Assembly (NCBI GenBank): GCA_030770535.1
Contig: JASVEC010000021.1
Span: 620,001 to 684,000 of the forward strand
Length of the DNA: 64,000 nucleotides
Source of the DNA: Batkoa obscura
Lineage: Eukaryota
Direction of reading: 5' to 3'
Positions within the stretch are counted from its first letter, which is position 1. Every line of letters starts with the position of its first letter. The notes under the pieces are model-generated. The model was not told the DNA's origin and searched no databases. It worked only from the letters and a program-made list of their open reading frames with translations. Positions 10,546 through 21,957 of this stretch are shown here, in pieces. Position numbers and translations under genes: made by a program.

Positions 10546-12577
10546 ATGGATCTCCATTTAGATGAATTAAGTTATTGTTTATTATTAACTATAACTCTCT
10601 TATTAGTTTACAATTTCATTACCAACTTCAGTTATGATATTCATCCTAGTTTTATACTAAATCAATGCATCACTTCACCAACCCGATTAAAAAACGAGTC
10701 TGTTGTTTACAGAAACCGTGCTACTCCTTTTAGTTCCGATTTAACTATTAGAGTAAGTCGACAATTAAATGGACTAAACGATTGGTTAAATACTTGGATT
10801 AATGAGGCAAAGGTAAGTGTTAAGGGAGAAGTTCAAAATGTACCACAGGAATTACAAAAAGTCGGCAAAAGTATTAAAACATTGTGTGAGCGAAATTTAT
10901 TCATTTATGATGATAAGAATTCATTTGAAAGTTTTACTGTATTTTTAGGTAATTATATTTTATTCTTATTTTTTGTTGTTTAATTATAATAATATCTTTT
11001 TTTAGCTTCGGTTTATTATGGTTTTCATTTAAATGTTATTGTGAATTTTGACCAAAAGATTAATGAATTAATTAAAGAAAATGATGTGTTTTTTATTAAT
11101 GAAATTCAATTAGATGAAGCTATTAAAATAACTAAAGATAAAAATGTTATTTTAATTGTATTAGATAAAGAGGTTGCATCTACTACTATCAATAATACAA
11201 AAGTTATATCTTTTAAGGAATTTATTAATAACGGATCAATTCAAGAGAGTATTGGTAAGTTTAGTTTTAATTTTAATTTTAATTATTATAGTTATTAATT
11301 TATATCTTATATCTTATACAAAACAGAAAGTAACAACAATGTTAAAATAAGTTATATTAAATATAATAACAATGAGATTGATATTAATGAATTCAATGCC
11401 ACTCATATTTATTCTAGCATCTCTGCTTTTTCACATTCATTTCCAATGCAGTTCCAAGTGGGACAAGAAGATAGCTATTTAACTACTAAAAATGCATTAT
11501 TATCAGATGAAATTATGCGAATTTATTATTTTTTGTCCAAGAAAGTGACATATCATATTAAACCACCAAAGGAGATCTCTAATTCAATTACTATTAAATA
11601 TCAATCAAGTGAGGACCTAAATGATATTTTATTTTCCAACGAAATTCAATTCAATTTAAAATCAGAAGATTACGAGAATTTATATTCTACTAAGCCATGG
11701 TCTATAGTTACTTTTATTCAACAAGTTACTTTTGATTTTATAAAAAAAATTATGCAAAGAGATCGACATTTATTAAATAATGTATTTACTAAACAAATAT
11801 TAAATAACAATCATTCTAAATTAAGATTATTATATACTGATGATCCTTTTTTTCCAAAATCTCATAGTCAAGCTATTAATGCTTTATTAGGCTGTCAATT
11901 AGTCAATAGTTTAACTCATAATAATATATTTGGTGTATTATCAAATACTTTGATTTATGATTATATTAATCAAAATCAACTTGGAAGTCCAACATCTAGT
12001 TTAGAGTTTAAAATCATTTCAACTCAAGAAGAACCTTTAGACAATACTAAAATACTTGGTAAACTAGCATTCAAAGGTCATTCAAGTAATAAAGGAAATG
12101 AAGAGTATATAGTATCTGATTGGTTAGTTACTAATAATCAAACTGAATCATTAGTATTCTATGGAAGTGAAAAGGAACTTATTAAGAAGGAATATAACAT
12201 TGAACAATTACCAGTTAGTCTAAAATTATTAGAAAGTATTATTGAAGCAAATTGTCCATATATTAAAAAAGCCGAATTAAATTTAAATCAATCTTATTTA
12301 CAAGGTGGTTTTATACTTCGAGAGGGAAGAATTCAAGAGGTAATTATTTGTTATTTATTATTATTTATTATTTATTAAATTAAATCATATTTATTGATAT
12401 TTTATTTATTACATTTAGTTATTAAAAATGCACCAATTAAACGAATTAGATTTAAACTCAAGTCGATTATTATCTTATATTACAAAAACTGTTCAAGTGG
12501 AAATTAATTCAACTTTAAAAGAATCTAATATTGAATTAGTATTGGATTTTAATAATTTTAAATTAAAAAAAGAATAA
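10546..12577 (+). CDS. Membrane-anchored, degenerate AMP-binding / acyl-CoA synthetase-like protein, 4 exons
   Basis: Exons 10546-10948, 11006-11254, 11327-12339, 12419-12577 splice in frame. N-terminal TM followed by DIHP.....Q...SPTR..NESVVYRN..TP, and later LGSPTSSLEFKI...GKLAFKG, as in fungal ACS-like proteins. Confidence 0.65.
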
Positions 12578-12748
12578 AATAAGATTGAATTTTGAATATA
12601 AATAATATTTTATTTTACGTTTTAAAACTTATTGTTTACTTATATAACAATTTTGCTAATATAACATAATATATTATAATATAATAAATCTAAAAGTATT
12701 ATGTAAAAAGAAAAAGAGATTAAATGTTGTATATTATAAAATTCATTT

Positions 12749-13648
12749 TTAACATCTAAATCTAAAATAAAAATATCGATCAATTTCTTGATAAAATTTA
12801 AATATTGTATGATTTTTCCAAGAACCCCAAAATAAATGTTGAACTTTAGCTTCTGGATCATATTCTTCATCTGGTCCGTTAAACCCTGTATTAGGTAAAA
12901 TATAAACTCCATTAATTAATTTTCCTTTTTTAATATCCAATTCCGTAGTATTCTTTAAACTTAAATAATCCATAACAGCATCCGTCCAAATTCCAGGTCC
13001 TGTCCAATTTAATACATCACAATAACTAGTATACGTTTTATTAATCATAATGGGTGTAATTTCTTTAATTTTATTAATCACATTTAATAAAATGGGATGT
13101 TTAGCTCTACTCATTATAGTCCACTGAGTAAATTGAATATCTCTTGCCATACCTTCTTCTTCACAAACATATTCTTTGTTAGGTTCATAACCTTCCAAAC
13201 CTAAGATCATATCAACATCTTCTTTACCATCACTCCAAGTATCTATGGGCCTTAAACAAATAGTATCTGTATCACTATAAATTCCTCCATAAAGATATAA
13301 AATTATATATCGAAAATAATCTGCTTTCAATACTGGTCTAGGTAGTAATTTAAATGCTTCATATACTTCTGAGTCCATATTATCTCGCACTATAGTATCA
13401 ATTTCATAATCATTATATACTTTATATATATACTCTGGATTTCTAGACATCCAAAAATCTTTGATTTCTTTATATACATGGGTTTCATCTTTGGCCGTCA
13501 TATGGATTAATTTATCAATTTTAGTATACGTTACAGTAGGATAAATGGCGGTATCTTCTCGACATAAGCGACGTAAATTGTAAAGATAAATTAAAGTTAT
13601 AAATACAAAACTTCCAATAATATAACCTATTTTTTTATATAGTCGCAT
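12749..13648 (-). CDS. GT32 glycosyltransferase (Och1/Hoc1-like alpha-1,6-mannosyltransferase)
   Basis: N-terminal TM anchor; LKADYFRYIILYLYGGIYSDTD (DXD motif), QFTQWTI, WTGPGIWTDAV, HLFWGSWK. Confidence 0.92.
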   Translation of the reverse strand: MRLYKKIGYIIGSFVFITLIYLYNLRRLCREDTAIYPTVTYTKIDKLIHMTAKDETHVYKEIKDFWMSRNPEYIYKVYNDYEIDTIVRDNMDSEVYEAFKLLPRPVLKADYFRYIILYLYGGIYSDTDTICLRPIDTWSDGKEDVDMILGLEGYEPNKEYVCEEEGMARDIQFTQWTIMSRAKHPILLNVINKIKEITPIMINKTYTSYCDVLNWTGPGIWTDAVMDYLSLKNTTELDIKKGKLINGVYILPNTGFNGPDEEYDPEAKVQHLFWGSWKNHTIFKFYQEIDRYFYFRFRC

Positions 13649-14536
13649 TGTTGAAGAGAAAAGAACAGATTAAATTTATAATAAAAAGAAAAGATCAAAT
13701 TTTAAGTAGAGTTGTATCTCAATTAATACTTGTGCTTATTCTTCAAGCAATTGATTGGTTCTTATATTTAATGTGGCAATTTTAATGGTGAATTTGAAAA
13801 GTATTCTTAGGTTAATTTAAGTTTAACCCCAACCCCCTGAATTGTTTAAATAGTTATGATAACAATTAATTACTATTGACAGAGTTTAATATTATCAATG
13901 TTATCACTATTGATAACAATACATATAGCTATACTATAGTATATTTTATAGCATGTTATATTATTGATATTATCCAATGAGTTTTTCTAATGATTATTAA
14001 CAATTATTAAACTATGCATAATATTTTATTCTAAAGCTGCTTTCACAATCTTTGTTATCAAAATGAATTGAATTCAATTTTTTATTGTTTTATTTTGATA
14101 CAAAGCTTAAGCTTTTATATATTACATATTGCTTGAAACTTAATATAATATTAAAAACAAAGTAATGTAAATATTAATCTTATTAGCTTATCTCTCTTTA
14201 TTCTTAGTAAATATTATTTACTAAAAATTTAATCATTAAAAACAAAGTTAATTGGTGGATCAAGTTAAAAGAACTCTAAAATCTGATTTTATGCTATTCA
14301 GGGTCTAATTAAGAAAAGTATTATATCAATTTTGGTAATATCAACTAAAATTGGGATTTATCTCAGAATAGAGTGTAGTATGGATAATGCTAGCTTTGAT
14401 GTATTTTGCTATAGTATATATGGGTTTTAATAAGATTTTTGTGCTAAAATCACTTTTTAATATTCTATTTCCACTTTATTATTATATTGTACTAATAAAT
14501 AAATGATACTCATTAAAATAATACTTAATATACAAG

Positions 14537-14632
14537 AATGTTTTTTGACTTCATTATTTTTTCCATCTTTTAAGCACTGTTTGAGTGGAAAAATTGTTAG
14601 TAAAATTCTTAAACAAAAAAATACATCCCCAT
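14537..14632 (+). mobile_element. ~100 bp MITE copy (left TIR degraded)
   Basis: Family core CTTCATT...TTTTAAGCACT.TTTGAGTGGAAAAATTGTTAGTAAAATTCTTAAAC, ending AAAATACATCCCCAT. Confidence 0.8.
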
Positions 14633-14717
14633 TTCTTTACCTTGGATATCTTGAATGTTAATAATAGTAAAAAAAAACTTGATAAATAAACTATAGTAAA
14701 TCCCAAATTTACTTAAT

Positions 14718-15500
14718 TTAAGAATATTGGGCAATAAAGGACCTGAAAGCAGAGGTTCTTGCCCATACAGTAGGAACACCTTCGTAAGCACAAGGTTTAC
14801 CGAAAGTAGTTGAACCAATTAAAACGTGACGACCATTAGCACCAGTAGTGAACAAAGGACCTCCAGAATCACCGTTACAAGCATCTTTACCACCTTCACC
14901 ACCAGCACATACTTGCACCTTAATATCTACGTTGACGAAATGAGAGGTCCAATATTTAGAACACACGTTTTTATCAATAATTGGGATTGCAACTTCTCTT
15001 AAAACAGGAGATACTGACCCACCAGTTTGAGTTAATCCCCAACCAGCAGCAATCACTTTAAGCCCAGTTTGTTCACCATAAGTCCCATCATCCAAATCAA
15101 TGCCATCAATATCTAAAGTAGTTGGAGTAGCTAATTTCCAAATAGAAACATCATTGGTATGACGAGTTGGATTATAATTTGGATGGTTGATTACTTGAGA
15201 TACTCCAATAGTTTCTCCATTTTCAGAAGATGAAGTTTGTGTCAAATTATGACGGTGAATATTTACGCTAAAAGTAGATACAGTCCCTTGAGAACAATGG
15301 GCAGCGGTTAAGACGGTGTTTTTGTTAAGGATTACACCACCACAGCCATGACGTCCATTGAATTGTAAAGAAACTAACCAAGGATATTTGAATTTAGGAG
15401 AGACTTCAACACCACCAATGATACGATTATCCAAAGTTTGAGGGGAAGAGTAGATCGTACTGAAAAGGGTAATGAGGACGATAACAGATTTGATAAACAT
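14718..15500 (-). CDS. Secreted trypsin-like serine protease (S1A), paralog 1
   Basis: ATG at 15500, signal peptide, R-IIGG activation site, TAAHC, NDVSIW, DACNGDSGGP (Asp189 specificity). Confidence 0.96.
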   Translation of the reverse strand: MFIKSVIVLITLFSTIYSSPQTLDNRIIGGVEVSPKFKYPWLVSLQFNGRHGCGGVILNKNTVLTAAHCSQGTVSTFSVNIHRHNLTQTSSSENGETIGVSQVINHPNYNPTRHTNDVSIWKLATPTTLDIDGIDLDDGTYGEQTGLKVIAAGWGLTQTGGSVSPVLREVAIPIIDKNVCSKYWTSHFVNVDIKVQVCAGGEGGKDACNGDSGGPLFTTGANGRHVLIGSTTFGKPCAYEGVPTVWARTSAFRSFIAQYS

Positions 15501-16207
15501 TATTTTAATGCTCTCTTTATTTGAACAAAATAATTTTAGCCCTTTGTTCAACTTATTTATATAGTATTTATTGGCAACACGTCAAACTTTTTTAACCGAT
15601 GATAATTCATGTTATAAGTCATTATTGTGGTTAGCGTTGGTGAATCTAAATTAGTCTGAAGATTATCCATAATTTTAAAATGAGTGATTATTAACTTTTA
15701 CTAAATGTAAGGTTAAATTCAATCAGATGAGAATATCATGTCTTTTTAATCATTTATTTTGTGCTAGTTGAATGGTTAGCTCGCTATTACTTATAGTTAA
15801 TTAATGCATTTTATAAATTGAATTAGTAGGTTAATTGTTCTATTGATGGTTTACTCATATACTTTAATAGATATTTTTTAATATATATGGATGTTAATTG
15901 ATTTATGCAGATGATGGGCTCTGAATACAAATTTAATCTATTAAAACTAGTTTTTAGAAAAAAGTTAAAACTTATTTGAAGTTTTTGAATAATAATATCT
16001 TCTATTTTGTACTTTACAAGTAATAACATAATATTTTATAAACTTTGTATTAATATTTTTGCTTTGTAATTTATTTATAATTTATTTATATTTGAGATAA
16101 AATTAATATTTCATAACTTTTATTACAAAACATTAAAATTAGTTTAAATATTTTATTTACAATGAAAAAATAAATTTATAAAATATATATAAGATAGCTT
16201 AATTCAC

Positions 16208-16663
16208 TTAATCAATAGTAATTTGACGTTGCTGTTCCTTAATTTCTCCCTTTGGAATGATAACTTCTAATAAGCCATTATCAAATTTAGCCTTAATGTC
16301 TTCAGTTTTAGAACCAGGTGGAAGAGTAAAGCTACGAGTAAAGCTACCATACTCACGTTCACTATAAGAAATCTCGCCTTCGTTATGAGTTTTGTCTCTT
16401 TTAGATTCACCACTAAGAACTAATTGACGTTGATCTTCAGAGACATTGATTTGAATATCTTCTTTATTAAAACCAGCTAACTCGGCTTGAACAATGGTTT
16501 GCTGGTCTTTTCTAATTACTTCTACTTTTGGATTTAAAAACTCATCCCAATTATCATTAAAAGTCAATAGTGGACCTCTATTTCTAAAGCTATGTTGTAA
16601 TGGGGATAGATGTAGATGTTCAAATGGTTGAAGTGAACTTCTTAAAAATCGACTTAATGACAT
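16208..16663 (-). CDS. Small heat shock protein HSP20 (type B, copy 2)
   Basis: Protein identical to 6796-7251; two synonymous changes seen (GGT/GGC, GAT/GAC). Confidence 0.96.
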   Translation of the reverse strand: MSLSRFLRSSLQPFEHLHLSPLQHSFRNRGPLLTFNDNWDEFLNPKVEVIRKDQQTIVQAELAGFNKEDIQINVSEDQRQLVLSGESKRDKTHNEGEISYSEREYGSFTRSFTLPPGSKTEDIKAKFDNGLLEVIIPKGEIKEQQRQITID

Positions 16664-17182
16664 GTTTTATTGTTAGTTGTTGTTATAAATTTTTATCTAA
16701 AATGAATTCAATTTGATTTTATTTATATATATTTCCTTAATGCTTATTGAAATACCAAGCATCTGAATCTAATATTTTCGAGTGTCTTCTAAACAAAACT
16801 TATTATGTATAGTATAAGCTACAATGAAGATGTTTTATTTTGTTGGTTCTTTATACTTCCAAATTTAGTAGGGTTTTTCTAGCTAAGTTGATATTCTTGT
16901 CTAAAAGTTTCGAAATTGCTAGAAATTTCCTAATTTTATAATGCTTTTTGCAAATTCTAAAATCAATCAATAAAACTAGAAGAGAAACCTCTAGATGCAG
17001 AATAATTGGATAATAATATACTTTTTAGATACTTTTTCAAGTGTGACGTAAATATAAAGAAATTATGAAATTGTTGTTACGTATAATACGGTTATAAGCT
17101 AGTAATATTGTTTTGAAAAAGTATATAATGGATGAAAAATCAAAGATAAACAACATAAAAATTTAGTCGATTATTAAATAAA

Positions 17183-17614
17183 ATGTCATTAAGAAGATCA
17201 AATCAAGAAAACTCATTATTCCATCCATTTAGTAGTGATCATGGACTATTTAGTCCATTACTACATGGCTCTAGCTACTTCCAAGACCTTTCACCAAAAG
17301 TCGATGTTTATAGCAAAGAAGATAAAGTAACTGTTAATGCTGAGCTTCCTGGCTTTAAGAAAGAAGATTTACATATTGATTTCTCAGATAACTTACGTCA
17401 AATTACTATCTCAGGTACTAAGAAGAGAGATGAAACTCATAAAGAAGGAGATGCTACTTATAGTGAACGTAGTTATGGTAGCTTTAGTCGTACTTTATCT
17501 CTACCACATGGTACCCGCGCTGATGATGTTAAGGCCAAGTATGATAATGGTGTCTTAGAAATTATTATCCCACGCGATACTTCTTCAACTCAACGTAAGA
17601 TTCAAATCTCTTAA
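17183..17614 (+). CDS. Small heat shock protein HSP20 (type A, copy 2)
   Basis: Protein identical to 5845-6276. Confidence 0.96.
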   Translation: MSLRRSNQENSLFHPFSSDHGLFSPLLHGSSYFQDLSPKVDVYSKEDKVTVNAELPGFKKEDLHIDFSDNLRQITISGTKKRDETHKEGDATYSERSYGSFSRTLSLPHGTRADDVKAKYDNGVLEIIIPRDTSSTQRKIQIS

Positions 17615-18291
17615 GATACCTCTAGCTATAGTCTGCCCTTATTATTCTATTTAAATAAATTTTAAAACCATTGATTCTATTTTTCTATAATTATTCTAAT
17701 TATTAATCTAAATAGAATTTTTACTTAATAACTATTATCATTTAATATTACACTAGCTATAAACTGGTACCTACATATCGATGGTAGTATACCAAAATAA
17801 TTCAAAGATGTCTTTAATTAAATATATTCATTTTTTTGTAAATGGTATCTATGATGTATGGGGGCGCTTTCACAAATAATAAGTTTTAAGCAATGAAATT
17901 TTGATGTTACATTAATATATGAAAAAAACAGAAATATTATTAGATCGTTTTAAGGAACTCCAAAGCTTTTCCAAAGTTAAACGTTTTTTTTAGGGCAAAG
18001 AGCATTGACCCTGGGATGCAGAATGGATGCCGAGACTTTAGGATATTTCGTTTTGATGTATGAAAGTTTGATTCAAGGCTCTGTAAGTTAAAATCTACCT
18101 TTTATTGCCCTATTTCTGTTTTCATCGTAGCATTGAAGGATATACTGTTAAAACAATATCCTATATTCTTTGACTATGATTCTATAGTAGTGTTTTAGCA
18201 TGAACATTCTAAAATGCTGCCAATAATACATGTAATGAAAATCAACTATAGAAGAACAAAACAAACTATGTGAAATAATTTTTATTAAAAT

Positions 18292-19074
18292 TTAAGAGTT
18301 TTGTGAAATGAATGATCTGAAAGCAGAGGTACGAGCCCACACAGTAGGTACTCCTCTATTAGCACAAGGTTGACCAAAGGAAGTAGTACCAATTAAAACT
18401 GGACGACCATTAGCACCAGTAGTAAATAAAGGACCTCCAGAATCACCATTACAAGCATCTTTACCACCTTCAGCAGCAGCACAAACTTGTAAGCTAACAT
18501 CAACGTTAACACCATTGCTAGTCCAATAGCTAGCACAAGTATTTTTATCAACAAGTGGGATACTAACCTCTCTTAACACTGGAGAGGTAGAGCCACCAGC
18601 TCGAGTAACACCCCAACCAGCAGCTAATACTTTAAGACCTGTTTGTTCACCATAAGTCCCATCATCTAAATCAATGCTACCAATATCTACAGAAGCTGGG
18701 GTAGCTAATTTCCAAATAGAAACATCGTTGGTGAAACGGTTTGGATTATAACTTGGGTGATTAATGATACGAGAAACACGGATAGATTGGCCACCTTCAG
18801 CACTAGCAGTTTGTTGAAGATTGTGACGATGTACATTAACGGTATATGAAGATACAGAACCTTGAGAACAATGAGCAGCGGTTAATACGGTATTTTTGTT
18901 TAAAATAATACCACCACAGTTATGACGACCGTTAACCTGTAAGGATACTAACCATGGGTATTTGAACTTTGGAGAGACTTCAACACCACCAACGATACGA
19001 TCGTCTTCAGTTTGCGGAGCTGAATAAATAGAGCTGAAAAGAGTAATGAGTACAATAACTGATTTGGTAAGCAT
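18292..19074 (-). CDS. Secreted trypsin-like serine protease (S1A), paralog 2
   Basis: Signal peptide, R-IVGG, TAAHC, DACNGDSGGP; colinear with 14718-15500. Confidence 0.96.
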   Translation of the reverse strand: MLTKSVIVLITLFSSIYSAPQTEDDRIVGGVEVSPKFKYPWLVSLQVNGRHNCGGIILNKNTVLTAAHCSQGSVSSYTVNVHRHNLQQTASAEGGQSIRVSRIINHPSYNPNRFTNDVSIWKLATPASVDIGSIDLDDGTYGEQTGLKVLAAGWGVTRAGGSTSPVLREVSIPLVDKNTCASYWTSNGVNVDVSLQVCAAAEGGKDACNGDSGGPLFTTGANGRPVLIGTTSFGQPCANRGVPTVWARTSAFRSFISQNS

Positions 19075-21193
19075 TGTTTTAATATTTTTTGTTTGAAAAA
19101 AACAACCAATGCTATTGTATCGTTCAGTTAGCCTATTTATATAGTGTCAATTAATGCTACACTGGACCCTTTCCAGCCCAATGACCAATTCATGTTATAT
19201 ATCATCGTTATGCTTTGCTCCAATGGACCTGAATTAGTCTGCTAATTGATGGAAATATTACTAGTAAATGACCTTTAGCTATTATTAAATCTAAATTTGG
19301 TAAATCAGATGTTGGTATCATATGTCTTTAATTATTCATTGTACTTGTTATTAATTAAATATAAAAACCTCAATTTTGTTATCTATAGATAGTAGCAAAC
19401 TAACTATTGAAATAAGAGGATTATTTTACTGATAGCCCCCTTCTCCTTTCTTTACAAGTAGAACTTAATTTCTTATATGAATTATAACTTTAAAATAAAC
19501 CAATTTATTTAAGCTCTCCCTTTATAAAACATCAAATAAAATAAAATTAACTTGGAATTTTGAAAACTTGACCATAATAATTTTACTATAAGCCTTTATC
19601 AATATCAATTATTCTCTATACTTCAACTTAATAATATTGTTATAAAATTAAAATCTTAAAATAAATTTTTTATATTTTAAATTGAAAAATAAACATCCTC
19701 TAATTTTTATTTCATTATTACTTTCACTTTCAAACCATATAAGTTGTTTTCAAATAATGAATACTATAAAAATACATTATTTCAACTATCTATTGATAAC
19801 TATTTATTAGTAAACCTTGAGTATATATATTCAAAATATTATCAATATAAATTTTATAAAAGAATTTAAAAAATAAACAAAACTTAAATAATCACGAATA
19901 TCTGCTCTTCAGCTTTGTAGAGCATTCGTAGAACCCACATGAAAGTTTTATTTGGTTTTGGCCCTCTTTTAAGCCCTAAGGGTCTTCCCTCTTCATACAA
20001 TGGAAGGTTATGTACAAGATTTTGTACACCTAGTGATGCGACTTTCTTAGTAAAAAAGGATATGTATTCTTGGGTAATTGGATTGATTTCCTCATATTAT
20101 TTTATTAACTTTCTTATTTCAGTAAAACACAGAAGGGCTTTTGTCTTCCCTTTCAAAAACTTTAAAAAAATAAAGCTCAAACAACTTAATTAACTTAATG
20201 TACTATTTTAATATATGGGGATGTGTTTTATTAAATTAAATGAGTCTATGGTTTTAATTATAACTAATAAAATTTTTATCAAATTGTTATAAATTATTTA
20301 GTTTATTTTCGAAAAACATGTGATTAAGACAATGTTCATTACATTAAATTAATATCTAGCAAGGAGAGTCTTAGTTATGTAAAAAGATATGCACTTAGAG
20401 ATCAAAAAACTATGAATCCTAGTAACTACTATTATGGAAATGCTAAAGGCCCCTTGAGCTTAGGTTTTTTCTGATTTCAGTTGATTAGATTTAAAGCCAA
20501 TACAATGTTGTCCTTTAACCGAATAAGTTTTCTACTATAAAAAGTATATATATGTAGAGAAAAGGACTAGATAGGAAACTAGACTACCTTTCAATATTTT
20601 CAATAGATGGTCTACATATTTAGAGCATCAATCAATGGCAGTTAAGAGCTATAAAAGAGAGAGAAAATCAAATATAAAAATCAACTTATTTAAAACTATA
20701 AAATTATGAAAATTATGAACTCAACTTTGTAAATTTTTGTTATTTCATCATATAAGATTAATTACACTGATAAGGTTCTTATGTTGAGCAGTATTAATCA
20801 CTTTAGAAAAATATGATTTTTAATTAAAATACTTTATTGTAAATAATCAACTTTATAGAAAGTGCGAAAATAATTGTAAAAAATAAGTATCATTTTAACT
20901 AAATAGGGGATGTACGTTAAAAATTTTAAATACATAAAATCAATCATTTTCTTGGATCTCGAAAGGGCCAATCAACTTCAAATCCCACTTATGGAAATAA
21001 AACAAAAAGCAGGTATTAGAAAATAAAAACAAGAGATTGAAAAGCACAAAATATTAATAAGTCTAAGCTACTTCGAAGGCTGCTTTATATAAGCTGACTT
21101 AGACAAAAAATAAGGTGACAAAATAGAGGAGCTAAAGCTGTAATTAGCTGATAACTTTGTGTGCCAAAAGCAAAGGCCCCAAAAATAAGCTAT

Positions 21194-21298
21194 AATGATA
21201 TCGATATATTTGGATTTAAGAATTTTACTAATAATTTTCTGTTCAAATAGTGCTTAAAAGATGAAAAGAATGATGAAGCCAAAAAAAACATCCCCATA
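21194..21298 (-). mobile_element. ~100 bp MITE copy
   Basis: TTTAAGAATTTTACTAATAATTTT...CAAATAGTGCTTAAAAGATG...GAAGCCAAAAAAAACATCCCCATA. Confidence 0.8.
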
Positions 21299-21957
21299 TA
21301 GATATAGATACCTTTGAATATAAAGCTGTAAGTTTTAGTTTGGTTAATGTAGACTAATGTTAGAAGTTTATTTTAAAACTTTAAAAAATACATTTTTTAC
21401 CTCACTCTAATGATCAAAGTGATATTGAAATAGTCTATCATCTGATTTCCCAGCTTTTTTTCATTATCTATAACTGTTTTAGTATATTTTTAGTACTAAG
21501 GTTTGTCTATTTTGGTAAAATTTTTACCTTAGACAAAGTATTATTTGTAAAGTTCTTTCCAAAGTCTTTAGTTCCCCTAATAACTGTCTGTTTTCTAGGA
21601 ACCCTCTATCATAAATAAAAGTATTACTACAAAGCAACGCATATAATGATGGTAGTAAAAGTTAACTGCTTCAAATTTTTCATTTTTTAAGCTTGATATC
21701 ACAAAACTCTTGGTAAATGAACCCTCTCCTATTAATCATTAGTAGTAACTAAAGACCAAAAATTGAAAGCTTATTAATAGATTCCCATCAATAGAATTGA
21801 CTTGAAAGTTATAATATATCAAAATAATACTAAATATCTGTAACTATAGAGCTAATCAATTTTTTTGAAATAGGTGGTTTTATTTTATGTTAAAGAGAGA
21901 TAAAGAGATTAATGATAAAATGTTTTAATATTTGAAAATTATAGTACTATAATTTGC

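Larger units (their letters stand above)
16147..17659. repeat. Right arm of ~1.5 kb inverted duplication carrying the HSP20 gene pair
   Basis: Reverse complement of 5800-7312; includes the HSE copy at 16911-16930. Confidence 0.95.

Noticed and set aside
17990..18230. Exon-like patch with GTAAGT donor and small hairpins
   Set aside because: No consistent reading frame or RNA family identified.
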